Shown: in pieces, positions 1 through 10,287 of the stretch
How positions within the stretch are numbered: the stretch's first letter is position 1
Layout: every line of letters starts with the position of its first letter
NCBI GenBank assembly: GCA_048937405.1
Contig: JBHLNF010000001.1
Coordinates: 32,001-96,000 of the forward strand
Direction of reading: 5' to 3'
Source: Promethearchaeota archaeon
Lineage (GTDB): Archaea > Asgardarchaeota > Lokiarchaeia > Sigyniarchaeales > SOKP01
Length of the DNA: 64,000 nt
Notes under the pieces: model-generated
The model's input: the letters and a program-made list of their open reading frames with translations, nothing else
Told to the model about the DNA's origin: nothing
Databases searched by the model: none
Position numbers and translations under genes: made by a program

Positions 1-227
1 CGGAAATTAATTCCTTTTTCTGTTAAATAATATTCATCATTATTCTTTTTAATAAGTCCTAAATCGGACAAAACGGGTATTCTTCCATTTATACAAGAGA
101 TTGGTAAACCAGAGAATAATTTAATTGTTTCATAATTTCTTGCTCCATTACTTATCGCAACAAGTATTTCAATTCCCATATAACCTAAAAGATTTTTCAG
201 ATCTTCTTGAGTTTCTTCTTCAGACAT
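1..227 (-). CDS. Winged-helix HTH protein (partial, runs off window; not in ORF track)
   Basis: Manual translation from ATG at 227: MSEEETQEDLKNLLGYMGIEILVAISNGARNYETIKLFSGLPISCINGRIPVLSDLGLIKKNNDEYYLTEKG; LGLI...YYLTEKG is a typical wHTH wing. Confidence 0.7.
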   Translation of the reverse strand, partial: MSEEETQEDLKNLLGYMGIEILVAISNGARNYETIKLFSGLPISCINGRIPVLSDLGLIKKNNDEYYLTEKGINF

Positions 228-282
228 TATGAATTTATTGATTAAAATCTACTTAAACAGATTGATTCTTTTTTTTTTTAAT

Positions 283-1494
283 TTATTTCTTTTTAGTATT
301 TTTTATTTTCCTGATTTTTGAATTTTCCTTACCTTCTTTAATTTTAGTAAGATATTTATCTGCTACCACAGGTTCTGATTCTTTAGGTAACAATTTTCTC
401 ATCCATTCTGGAAAAGCAGTTGTAATTTGTAAATTTGTCTTTAGGACTATATAGGTTTCCTCATTATAATTTAATTCTTCAATTACATCATACTTTTTTA
501 AAAATTCAATATTTTCCATAAGTGAATCCAGAGATTTTTTAGATACTAATTTTGGTAATTTATCTTTTGAGATTAACCCATTTCTTAATTCTGAAAGAAC
601 ATTGTACTTCTTTGGATCAGCCATTATCTGATATAAAGTAAAAGCATCTTCCTTTATTTCTTCCTTAGATTTCTTTTCATATTCACTAAAATATTCTTGC
701 ACTTTAGGAAGTAGTAATTCAATTAATTCTGGTTTATCATCAATATATTCAATAACACTATCTGGTGGTATTCTCTCAGCATTTACTTCTTTTACTAAAA
801 GTACGTATTTTTCCACTAAACCTATTTGATTAATAAAAATAAATTGACGCTCATCTAAAATTTCAATAATTTCATTAAAGTCTTTTTCAGAAAACTTTTC
901 AATAAACCACTCTCTTAACCATTCTAAAGGAATAGGGCCTTTTGATAATTTTTCTAAGGTTGTAAAAATATGTTTATCTTTTAATAAAGATCCAATTTTT
1001 TCTTCTTCTGTTTTTTCTCTTGTATATTCGATGATATTCCAATATAAATTATTTACCCATAATTTTATTAAAGATTCATTTTTAACAATATTCTCTTGAT
1101 CTTCTTCATTAAAATTATTTATATCATTTATATAGAATGCTGTAAATATCTCTTCATTTGATTGCAGCTGTTCTGAAAATTCACTGCATAAAATTGAGAT
1201 TTTTTCTTCAATCTCAATAGTTATTTGCTGATCCAAAATTATTGAAACCATCAGCATTTCTTTGTTTCCTCTAGCCCAATCTGAATGAATTTCAAAATAA
1301 TAATTCATTGATTTTATATTTTCAAAGGAATGGATAAAAAAACCTTCATTAAATTGTTGATCCATAATATTAGCAATTTTTAAAGAAAAATCTTTTTCCA
1401 ATATATTTTTTGGATAAGAATAAAACACTAATGGTCCAATTTTGCGATGAAAATATGACAAGGCGACGATAGTTTTCAAATAATGAATCTCCAT
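283..1494 (-). CDS. uDENN/longin-domain protein (NPRL2/FLCN/SMCR8-like) with C-terminal winged-helix-like regions
   Basis: N-terminal SYFHRKIGPLVFYSYP resembles the uDENN/NPR2 longin start; YFEIHSDWARGNKEMLMVSIILD resembles the FLCN/SMCR8 ARG loop. Confidence 0.6.
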   Translation of the reverse strand: MEIHYLKTIVALSYFHRKIGPLVFYSYPKNILEKDFSLKIANIMDQQFNEGFFIHSFENIKSMNYYFEIHSDWARGNKEMLMVSIILDQQITIEIEEKISILCSEFSEQLQSNEEIFTAFYINDINNFNEEDQENIVKNESLIKLWVNNLYWNIIEYTREKTEEEKIGSLLKDKHIFTTLEKLSKGPIPLEWLREWFIEKFSEKDFNEIIEILDERQFIFINQIGLVEKYVLLVKEVNAERIPPDSVIEYIDDKPELIELLLPKVQEYFSEYEKKSKEEIKEDAFTLYQIMADPKKYNVLSELRNGLISKDKLPKLVSKKSLDSLMENIEFLKKYDVIEELNYNEETYIVLKTNLQITTAFPEWMRKLLPKESEPVVADKYLTKIKEGKENSKIRKIKNTKKK

Positions 1495-1686
1495 TACAGC
1501 TTATTTATTAGATAGCGAGAACAGCTTTTTTTTCTGTTTTACCTAAAATAAATTAATATTGAAGATTATATATTATTAAAGATAAATAAATTTATCTTAA
1601 CTTAACCTCTAATATCTTAGGATAATTAATATAAGCGATCAACTTTAATTAATTTAATAAGTTTAAGATAAAATTGAAATCGGAAA

Positions 1687-2436
1687 ATGAGTCCTATAAA
1701 ATTAGTTGGATTTGATTTAGATGATTGTCTCTTTGACTCAACTGGATTATCTGAAAGGGCTAGAATTAAAGGACTTGATGCAATGATTAATTTAGGTTTG
1801 AAAATAGATAAACAGAAAGCCCAAAAAATATTGCAAGAAGTTGTAAATGAATATGGATCAAATTCTTCGAAACATTACAATCATTTTCTTCGAAGATTGA
1901 ATCAGATGGATAAAAAAATAGAATATATATCATATTATGATCGATATAAATATATTGCCGCGGCTGTTATGGCATATCACGAAGAAAAAGTGAATTCAAT
2001 AAAATTATATGATGATGTTGAAAAGTGTTTAAAAAAATTGCAGAACTTATCGATAAAAACAGCAATTATAACAGATGGGATACCAATAAAACAATATGAA
2101 AAGATTTTAAGATTAAATATTGATCATTTAATTGATTTAGTGGTCATTTCAGATGAAATTGGTATTAGAAAACCTAATCCAGAATTATTTAATTATTGTT
2201 TAAAAAAATTTGGTGTAAAAGGTCAAGAAACAATATACGTGGGAGATCGTATTGATAAAGATATAATTCCTGCTAATTTAAACAATATTTTAAGTATATA
2301 TCTTCATAGAGGAGGAAAATATGATAATTATAAAACAAATCTCAAAATCCAAAAGGATTTTAAACCTGATTATGAGATCTCTAATTTAAACGAATTATTC
2401 CCTATAATTGATGAAATAAATAATAAAAAATTATAA
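1687..2436 (+). CDS. HAD-superfamily hydrolase (subfamily IA)
   Basis: FDLDDCL motif I, ITDG motif II, KPNP and YVGDR..D motifs III/IV. Confidence 0.9.
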   Translation: MSPIKLVGFDLDDCLFDSTGLSERARIKGLDAMINLGLKIDKQKAQKILQEVVNEYGSNSSKHYNHFLRRLNQMDKKIEYISYYDRYKYIAAAVMAYHEEKVNSIKLYDDVEKCLKKLQNLSIKTAIITDGIPIKQYEKILRLNIDHLIDLVVISDEIGIRKPNPELFNYCLKKFGVKGQETIYVGDRIDKDIIPANLNNILSIYLHRGGKYDNYKTNLKIQKDFKPDYEISNLNELFPIIDEINNKKL

Positions 2437-2449
2437 ATTAATATATATA

Positions 2450-3268
2450 ATGAAAGTAGCGTGTATTCAACCCAAAATTTATCAAGAAAGAAATAGGTGT
2501 TATCTTGAAATTGAAAATATTTTAAAAACCTTATTAGAAAAGCATAATAAATGTGATATAATGTGCTTACCAGAAAGGTGGGTTCCCTATGCTAACAACT
2601 ATTCAAAAAATTTACAAGAACAAAGAGGAAATGATTATATTGCAATTAAAAAATTAGCTATTGAATATAATGTAAAATTTTTAACAGGAGCAATTTGGGA
2701 AAAAAGAATTAATTCAAAAAAACCAGTAATAACATGCTATTTTTTTGATGAATATGGTGAAGAAATTGGATATCAAGATAAAATTCACCTCTATGCTTAT
2801 GAACGCGAAAATTTTGAGGCTGGAAAAGAATTAAAGCTATTCAGATTTAACAAATCCTATTTGTTTGCAATTCTAATATGCTTTGACATGGCTTTTTTTG
2901 AAACACCAAGATTAGCAATTGAAAATGGAGCAGATATTCTATTTTCACCTACCCAAATAAGAGAAGATGGAATGGAAAATTGGTATGTTTACTTAAAAGC
3001 ACGAGCTCTTGAAAATCGAGTTCCTATTGTAGCATGCAATACTTTTGGTAATTACTTAAATAGAAAATTTATTGGTAATAGCAAAATAATTTCTTTTATT
3101 AAAGGAAATATATCTCCATCTAAATTGAAAATTGTAGAAGGACCAAAAAATTCAAGTGGATTTATTTTTGATGAAATTGATTTAGATTTTCCAAAAAAAA
3201 TAAGAAAAATTCGACTTGATGAGAAAATTGAAAAGGAAAAAATAAAAATTAAAATAATTAAAGAATAA
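2450..3268 (+). CDS. Carbon-nitrogen hydrolase (nitrilase/amidase family)
   Basis: Glu-Lys-Cys triad: CLPE, QDKIHL, ICFD; also ARALEN. Confidence 0.9.
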   Translation: MKVACIQPKIYQERNRCYLEIENILKTLLEKHNKCDIMCLPERWVPYANNYSKNLQEQRGNDYIAIKKLAIEYNVKFLTGAIWEKRINSKKPVITCYFFDEYGEEIGYQDKIHLYAYERENFEAGKELKLFRFNKSYLFAILICFDMAFFETPRLAIENGADILFSPTQIREDGMENWYVYLKARALENRVPIVACNTFGNYLNRKFIGNSKIISFIKGNISPSKLKIVEGPKNSSGFIFDEIDLDFPKKIRKIRLDEKIEKEKIKIKIIKE

Positions 3269-3284
3269 AATCCTATAAATTCAA

Positions 3285-4241
3285 ATGAGTAATATAAAAG
3301 ACCTTAAGAAAATTCTTTTCTGTGGATTAGAAAGTGGAGGAAAAACATCAATTTTACTACTGTTAGACAAAAAATTTAGTCTACTATCAACTGTTAAACC
3401 AACAATTAAAGTAAAAAGAACACTTCATACTTCAGATCTTCTTGGTGCAAGTATAGTGCGTTGGGACTTAGGTGGTCAGAAAAGTTATAGAAAAATATAT
3501 TTGGGAAACAAGTCCAAATATTTTACCGAAATGCAATCAATATTTTATGTAATTGATGTTCAAACTCCCAAAAAATTTGAAGAAGCTTTAATATTTCTTA
3601 AAGATATTATAACTATCACTTCAGAATCACATTTGGATAATTTTCAACTCATAATATTACTCCACAAGTATGATCCAGATATCAGAAAAAATGATGATAT
3701 AAATCACCAAATAAAAAAATTGGAAAATGAAATTGCCTCAATTATTAAGGAGGTTCCTTTTGTAATTTTTAGGACTTCAATTTATGATGAACCAAGTTTG
3801 TTAAAAGCATTTTCACAGGGTGCTTATTATGCAACTCATAAATCCAAAATGTTTCAAACACTATTGAAAGATTATATGGGAAAAACTTACAACAGTTCAG
3901 CACTCTTATTAGACCAAAATGGCTTTATTGTTGCAAGTAGGAGCACAGAAAAATCATATCAAAGAATCTGTGAGGCGATTGCCCCACGATTAGCTCAAGC
4001 ATTAGAAAAATTAGAAGAATGGGATATCAATACAATAGATATAGTAACAAATGTAGAATTTCCAGAACAACAATCTGGATTTCAGAAGGAGGCGATTATC
4101 TTCTTACGAAAATTAGACATTGATGATATAAGACTATATTTAGTAGCTCTCTGTTTGAATAAGAAAGTGAAAACCAAATCATATGAATATTTGCCTTTAC
4201 TAGCAGATAATTTGAAAACATTATTGGAGAGTTTCGATTAA
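3285..4241 (+). CDS. Rag/Gtr-like small GTPase with C-terminal roadblock-like domain
   Basis: G1 GLESGGKT, G3 WDLGGQ, Rag-type G4 HKYD and G5 TSIYD; C-terminal SALLLDQNGFIVAS. Confidence 0.85.
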   Translation: MSNIKDLKKILFCGLESGGKTSILLLLDKKFSLLSTVKPTIKVKRTLHTSDLLGASIVRWDLGGQKSYRKIYLGNKSKYFTEMQSIFYVIDVQTPKKFEEALIFLKDIITITSESHLDNFQLIILLHKYDPDIRKNDDINHQIKKLENEIASIIKEVPFVIFRTSIYDEPSLLKAFSQGAYYATHKSKMFQTLLKDYMGKTYNSSALLLDQNGFIVASRSTEKSYQRICEAIAPRLAQALEKLEEWDINTIDIVTNVEFPEQQSGFQKEAIIFLRKLDIDDIRLYLVALCLNKKVKTKSYEYLPLLADNLKTLLESFD

Positions 4242-4457
4242 ATCTCATTTCTAACGTCTTCTTCCTTTCTAATTTTTTGAATAGCCATTTAAAGGCATTT
4301 CAATTATAGTTTATAAGAGGATCCTTCTACTCATTAGAGTTGATTTCTCTTCCATGCTAATTCTCTTTTTTAAAATTCATTTTTACTTTTAGTTACCTCC
4401 CTCAGGGTGGGGTTTAAATATCTATATCTAAAATCAATTTAAATATAGGTTAAAATT

Positions 4458-5648
4458 ATGATAGCAAATACTAATATAAATAATAATTATATCGGACCAA
4501 AAGCTTTATTTGATCCAAATTATATCCCACCATCCTTATTATATAGAAAAAAAGAAGAGAATTCATTATATTCAATTTTAGAGGATTCTATATCTGATGA
4601 GTATCCCCTCAATATATTATATCAGGGTATTAGTGGAATAGGAAAGAAAGTAATAGTGAATAAAGTCTTAAATGATCTTCTGATTGAAAACAAAGAATTC
4701 ATTCAAATAAATACAGTGTTTGTTGATTGTAAGGAAAAAAAAATTGAAGAATTAATTTTTTCATTACTAAGTGAAATAAATATCTTTTCAGATTTTAACA
4801 TCGATTTTCGATCAATCTTAAAATCAAATATCGCCCAATTATGGAATACATTTAAATTTATATGTGATAAAGTAGATTCTCGTTTATTTCTTATTTTTAA
4901 TAATATTGAATATCTAGCACCTGGGGTATTTAACAAATTCTTGCAATTCAGTAGAGAGACAAATATTACTTTGATCTCCACAGCAAATAAAATAATTAAA
5001 CCAGCGACAATAGATTTAATTTCTGAATTTGATTTTAAAAATAAACTAAACTTTTTTACATATCATGAGCTTTATGCTATTCTTAAACAAAGAGCTTCAT
5101 TATGCTTTTCTCATGAAATTGATAAAGATATTTTAAGATATATTACAGATTTAATTTGTGAGCAATATGTACCTGTTCCAGGAAAAGGAATTGAAATACT
5201 CCGTGATTTATATCCCATTTTAAGAAATAAAAACAATCACAATAAAATTGATTTATTAGAAATCTGTCAAGATAATTTTGAGAATTTTCAAATATCTGAT
5301 GAATTTAGTATGCTGAATTATCTTTCCGAAGAAGATATACTAAGTGTTATATTTTTAGATAACCTTTCAAACTACTTTATGAGTAAAACGAATTATTACA
5401 TCTCTTTCAAAGAATTGCAAGAATTATTTGAAATTACTTGTGAAACTTTGGAATATGAAAAAGATTATTATGAATTAGTCAAACTAAAAGAACAACTTAT
5501 AAATTTTGGAATAATTAAACCATCAAAAAGAACATATCAACATTCTAACACTTGCAATAACTATTCCACTTTAAAACATGATTTATTCTTCATATTAATA
5601 AATCCTAAACAAATTAAACTTATAATTGACACAATTTTCAATCAATGA
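4458..5648 (+). CDS. Cdc6/Orc1-like AAA+ protein with degenerate ATPase motifs
   Basis: LFDPNYIPPSLLYRKKE N-terminal Cdc6 motif; Walker A GISGIGKK; Walker B replaced by LIFNNIE; ELYAILKQRA; C-terminal wHTH-like region. Confidence 0.75.
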   Translation: MIANTNINNNYIGPKALFDPNYIPPSLLYRKKEENSLYSILEDSISDEYPLNILYQGISGIGKKVIVNKVLNDLLIENKEFIQINTVFVDCKEKKIEELIFSLLSEINIFSDFNIDFRSILKSNIAQLWNTFKFICDKVDSRLFLIFNNIEYLAPGVFNKFLQFSRETNITLISTANKIIKPATIDLISEFDFKNKLNFFTYHELYAILKQRASLCFSHEIDKDILRYITDLICEQYVPVPGKGIEILRDLYPILRNKNNHNKIDLLEICQDNFENFQISDEFSMLNYLSEEDILSVIFLDNLSNYFMSKTNYYISFKELQELFEITCETLEYEKDYYELVKLKEQLINFGIIKPSKRTYQHSNTCNNYSTLKHDLFFILINPKQIKLIIDTIFNQ

Positions 5649-5822
5649 TTCAAAATTTTATATTTAACCTGATTATTTACTAAACTCAATAGAAAAAGCT
5701 AATCATAAACCATTTCGAAAATAGGAAAATGTAAAACAGATTTTTTTAGTAAGGTATATTATATATTTATAGGTATATTTACACTATTTTTTAATAACAA
5801 AGAGTAGAAATGGAGATAAATT

Positions 5823-8800
5823 TTGACATATATCAAGAAAATCTCAATGAGTGGTTTTAAGAGTTTTGGAGATAGAACAGTAACAATTCGACTTTCAAGT
5901 GGATTTACATGTATTGTTGGACCTAATGGTGCCGGAAAATCAAATATTATTGATGCACTTTGTTTTTCTCTTGGAAGAATGAGTAAAAAAACAATGAGAG
6001 CTAAGAGTTTAGAAGACCTGATCTTTGCGGGATCACGAGGAAAGAATCCTTCTCAAAGAGCCTCTGTTACCTTATATTTCGATAATTCAGATAACGTTTT
6101 TCCTGGTGGTCCTGAGGATTTTGAAATTACACGTATAATCAAGAGAGGTGGAGGTGGGGGGTATAAAATGAATGGAAAAAAAACTACTCGTCAACAAATT
6201 TTAAATGCTTTAGCAGCAGCTAATGTCGATCCAGATGGTAGTAATCAATTTGTCCTTCAAGGGAAAATTGTGGAGCTAACACATATGAATGCGGAAGATC
6301 GAAGGAAATTTATTGAAGAGTTAATTGGTCTTCAAAAATATGACGAAATGAAAGACGCTACATTAAAGGAATTAGAAAAAGCTGAAAGAGATTTAGGACA
6401 ATTCGAAGCAATTTTTAAAGAAGTCTCTGCTCAATTAAAGAAGGTAGAAAAAGAGAAAAATGATGCTTTAGCGTGGAAAGAAATTGATCAACAGATAAAT
6501 CTTTTAAACTCTCAACTGATTGCTTTGAAGATTTCAAAATTAAGAAAAGAAGAAGATGAATTGGAAGGAAAGATCGAAAATTCCTTAAAAATTATTGAAG
6601 AATTGCAAGAAAAAATAAACCGGCAAGAAGATATTTTAAAGCAAGAATCTCTTGTTATGGATAACATTCAAAAAACTATTTCAGATAAAGAAAAAGAAAG
6701 AGAGGAGATAACCGAAAAAATCACTCAAGTTAAAACAGAAATTTCCTCCAGTCAAACTACGTTAAATTTGGCAAAAAAATCAATTGATAAATTGACTCAA
6801 GAAATTGAAAACTTAGAAAGTCAACAAATGGAACTTGAGGAGGGACAAACTTTTGATTCATTGATAGAAACTGTGTCAAAAGAAATTTTAGAATATGAAA
6901 CTCACATAGAGGATGCTAAAAATGAAATTGAAAAAAGACAGCAAAATCAAGCTGAATTAGATGTCAAAATAAAAACTAGTGAAGATGAAAAATCCCTTTC
7001 CAATAAAGAAATTTCAAAGATACAACAAAGTATTTCATCTAATAACGCTCAAATTAAGATGCTTAGAGGAAATATTAAAAAAAATGAAGAAAAGAAGGAA
7101 AAATTAGAAAATGAATTACAACGGTTAAAAAAAGACGCGGAAAGTATTGATGAAGCCATTGAAGCAACGAAAAAAACAGAGTCAGAAATTAGAAAACGAA
7201 TAAACGACTTAAACACCAAGATTTCCAAAGAAAATCAAAACCAAAAAGATTTAGAAACTGAGATAAGCAATATTCAAACAGAAAAAAATCAATTGAATTC
7301 TAAATTAACAGATTTTCAAGCTTCTTTATCATCTCTGAACACCGAAATAAAAATGAATCAGGAGAATATACAAGAATTAAATGAAAAGAAAATTTCTACT
7401 GAGAAAAAAATCGCAGATTTAAGTAAAGGGAGAGATGCTGAGAAAGCGGTCAAAGAATTACTAAAAGAAAATGATACTATCAATAAAGAATTAAGTGAAT
7501 TAAAGGCTGTCTTTAAGCAAGAAAATTCAATTTTTAGGAAAAATGAGCAAGAATTAGAATTAGCAAAAATGAAGAGTCATTCCTATGAATCAGAAACTAA
7601 TGATAATAAATCAAAAATAGACAATATGAATACAGAATTAAAAATCTTCTCAAAAGAATTAACAAAATTAGAGCGAGAGAAGAATAATTTAGAATTACAA
7701 GTTGATTCCTTAAACGAAAATCTCACGTCTATTACCGGTGAATCGGAAAAATTACAAACCAAAAAAGAGAATGTTCAAAGACGTTTAGAAGAACTTTCAA
7801 AAGAAAGAGATAATTTTGTAAAAAAAATTGAGTCATCGGAAGAAGAATATGAAAAAAATACAAAAGATATCACTGGAATTCTACAAATTTTAAATATGCT
7901 TACTCAAAATATTAATATCTCAGTTGAATCGATTAAAAGTAATATACAGCAATCAAATGCAGAAGCTATCGAATCATCTGCGGAAGATTTTAAAAAATTC
8001 ATTCTCGATATTTTTGATATTATGAAAACTGTAGAAGATATTGGTAATGGCCAAGAAAGATCCACTGAAATGACAGATATGCTTAATTCTATCATGCAAA
8101 CTTTGAAATTGTTTACAGATAATGCTGATAGTACAATTAGTCAATTAATTGATAAAGTAAAAGAGTCTGCAGATGTAGAAATACAAACCTCAACATCTAC
8201 ATTTGATAGTTTTGTTCAAGATTTAATGGAAATCTTAGAAAATGTCTATTTATCATTAAGAAAACTTACTATGTCAAAAAGTCAAGAACTATACAAACAA
8301 TTGGAAGAACTCTCAGAAACTATTAATTCACAAACAGATGATTTCAATAAAATTGAAAAACAATTATCTGAAAGTAATATTCAAAAAAACCATTATTCCG
8401 AAAATCTTTCTGCCTATAATAAAAGACTCGAAGAAATTAATAAAAGAACTAACCAGTTAAATGAAAGAATTAAAAAAGCGAAAGAAGAAATTCATGAAAG
8501 AGAAGAAACTATCAGCAATAGACAACAGGAAATCAATAAATTAGATAGTGAAATTACCAAATTAAAGGAACTTAAAGATACTTATTGGGATAGAATTTCT
8601 AAGATCCAAGATGATATTGATAACAAACAAAAAGAACAGGAAATTTTGAGGGGTAAACTACAGGAATTACACGGGATTCAAAATTTATTTGACAATATCA
8701 CAGAAATTGATGAAAATGTTGAAAAATTGAATAACCTTATAACGGAAAAGAAGACTTTAATTTTAAATACTGAAGAAACCATTAAAACCATACAAGATGA

Positions 8801-10274
8801 ACAAAATTCCTTCCAAAAAAATATTGATGAGCTTAAACTTAAAAAAGAGAATTTCTGGGAGATTACCGAAAATCTACGAAAGCAAATAGATGAAGAAAAT
8901 AAATCTCTTGAAGATACTTTGGATCGATTAAGAGCACTTGAAAATGTTATGAGATTAATCACCTCTATCGAAGATATTAAAAAAGAAAATACTGAATCGA
9001 ATAAAAAAATTGAAGAGTGTCAAAATGAGATTAAAGGATTAAACTCTAAAGCAGAAGAAATTCAAAAAATTATTGATGAAAAACAACAGGTAATAGATAC
9101 TTTTAGAGATGAAAAAACTAAAGAGGTAGACGCACAAAAAACAGCCCAAAAGAATTTGAATAAATTGAATAAAGATGTACAGAAATCGCAAGGAAAATTA
9201 AATGAACTTAATAAAAATAAAGAAAGAGAACAAAAAATCATTGGATTAGGCCAAGATATAAAGGATACTGAAGAACAAATAGAATCAATTTCAAATGAAT
9301 TAATCAGCTTAAAAGAAAACTTGGATACTGTAAACGCAAAGAAAGATGAAAAACAAAGTGAAATTGACAAGTATACCCAAGAAAAGGATGAATCTTGGAA
9401 AAAACAAAAAGAATACCAAAAGGTTTTGACAGACTTAAAGTCAGACCTTTCCATGGAAAACTCTAAAATAAATAATTTTGAATCAAAAAAGATAATGTGT
9501 ACAGACCAAATTGAAACTCTATTCCAACGATCCAAAGAATATGGGTCATTACCCCCTGTAACCGAGGATCTTTCAGAACCAACATTACAATCTGAAATTG
9601 TCGAATCTACTAAGAAGAAAAAAGCTCTTGAGCCTGTAAATCTAAAAGCTATTGAACAATATGATACTGTGAAAGAACGATTCGATGAAATTGATATGAG
9701 ACGACAAACTATTCAAAGAGAGAGAAAATCCATCCTTGACGCTATTGATAAAATTGAACTTGAAAAAACTCGTACCTTCATGAAAGCTTATCATGAAATT
9801 AATAGAGAATTTAGCCGAATTTTTCAAAAACTCAGCCCCGGCGGGTCTGCTAAAATGCTTTTAGATCGACCAGATAAACCTTTTGAAGGAGGGGTTAGCA
9901 TCGAAGCTAGACCTCGTGGTAAAAAAATCTCAAGCTTGGAAATTTTAAGTGGAGGTGAAAAAACATTGGTAGCTCTCTCGTTTATATTTGCGGTGCAAGA
10001 ATTTTACCCAGCACCTTTTTACGTTCTAGATGAGATTGATGCGGCCCTCGATGGCCCCAATGTTCACAGAGTCTCGATGGTACTGAAGGAGTTTTCCTCG
10101 CAAGCACAATTTATGGTTATAAGTCATAGAGAGGAGAATATTGTAAATGCGGATAGAATATATGGTGTTTCTATGCAACAAAGTGGTATCACCGATATCT
10201 TTAGTGTAGATTTAGAGGAAGAAGCTAAAAGACTTCTTGAACTTGAAGATGTCGAACCAACCATTACAGAATAA
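5823..10274 (+). CDS. smc: SMC chromosome ATPase, unusually long, no recognisable hinge
   Basis: GFKSF, GPNGAGKSN, VLQG Q-loop, EPVNLKAIEQY, LSGGEK, LDEIDAALD, ISHR; TTG start with GGAG upstream. Confidence 0.92.
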   Translation: MTYIKKISMSGFKSFGDRTVTIRLSSGFTCIVGPNGAGKSNIIDALCFSLGRMSKKTMRAKSLEDLIFAGSRGKNPSQRASVTLYFDNSDNVFPGGPEDFEITRIIKRGGGGGYKMNGKKTTRQQILNALAAANVDPDGSNQFVLQGKIVELTHMNAEDRRKFIEELIGLQKYDEMKDATLKELEKAERDLGQFEAIFKEVSAQLKKVEKEKNDALAWKEIDQQINLLNSQLIALKISKLRKEEDELEGKIENSLKIIEELQEKINRQEDILKQESLVMDNIQKTISDKEKEREEITEKITQVKTEISSSQTTLNLAKKSIDKLTQEIENLESQQMELEEGQTFDSLIETVSKEILEYETHIEDAKNEIEKRQQNQAELDVKIKTSEDEKSLSNKEISKIQQSISSNNAQIKMLRGNIKKNEEKKEKLENELQRLKKDAESIDEAIEATKKTESEIRKRINDLNTKISKENQNQKDLETEISNIQTEKNQLNSKLTDFQASLSSLNTEIKMNQENIQELNEKKISTEKKIADLSKGRDAEKAVKELLKENDTINKELSELKAVFKQENSIFRKNEQELELAKMKSHSYESETNDNKSKIDNMNTELKIFSKELTKLEREKNNLELQVDSLNENLTSITGESEKLQTKKENVQRRLEELSKERDNFVKKIESSEEEYEKNTKDITGILQILNMLTQNINISVESIKSNIQQSNAEAIESSAEDFKKFILDIFDIMKTVEDIGNGQERSTEMTDMLNSIMQTLKLFTDNADSTISQLIDKVKESADVEIQTSTSTFDSFVQDLMEILENVYLSLRKLTMSKSQELYKQLEELSETINSQTDDFNKIEKQLSESNIQKNHYSENLSAYNKRLEEINKRTNQLNERIKKAKEEIHEREETISNRQQEINKLDSEITKLKELKDTYWDRISKIQDDIDNKQKEQEILRGKLQELHGIQNLFDNITEIDENVEKLNNLITEKKTLILNTEETIKTIQDEQNSFQKNIDELKLKKENFWEITENLRKQIDEENKSLEDTLDRLRALENVMRLITSIEDIKKENTESNKKIEECQNEIKGLNSKAEEIQKIIDEKQQVIDTFRDEKTKEVDAQKTAQKNLNKLNKDVQKSQGKLNELNKNKEREQKIIGLGQDIKDTEEQIESISNELISLKENLDTVNAKKDEKQSEIDKYTQEKDESWKKQKEYQKVLTDLKSDLSMENSKINNFESKKIMCTDQIETLFQRSKEYGSLPPVTEDLSEPTLQSEIVESTKKKKALEPVNLKAIEQYDTVKERFDEIDMRRQTIQRERKSILDAIDKIELEKTRTFMKAYHEINREFSRIFQKLSPGGSAKMLLDRPDKPFEGGVSIEARPRGKKISSLEILSGGEKTLVALSFIFAVQEFYPAPFYVLDEIDAALDGPNVHRVSMVLKEFSSQAQFMVISHREENIVNADRIYGVSMQQSGITDIFSVDLEEEAKRLLELEDVEPTITE

Positions 10275-10287
10275 AGAGAATGATGAG

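Noticed and set aside
4390-4415. Replication-origin ORB element upstream of the Cdc6-like gene
   Set aside because: Only a short GC-rich patch (CCTCCCTCAGGGTGGGG); no TCCA..GAAAC ORB consensus or repeated boxes.
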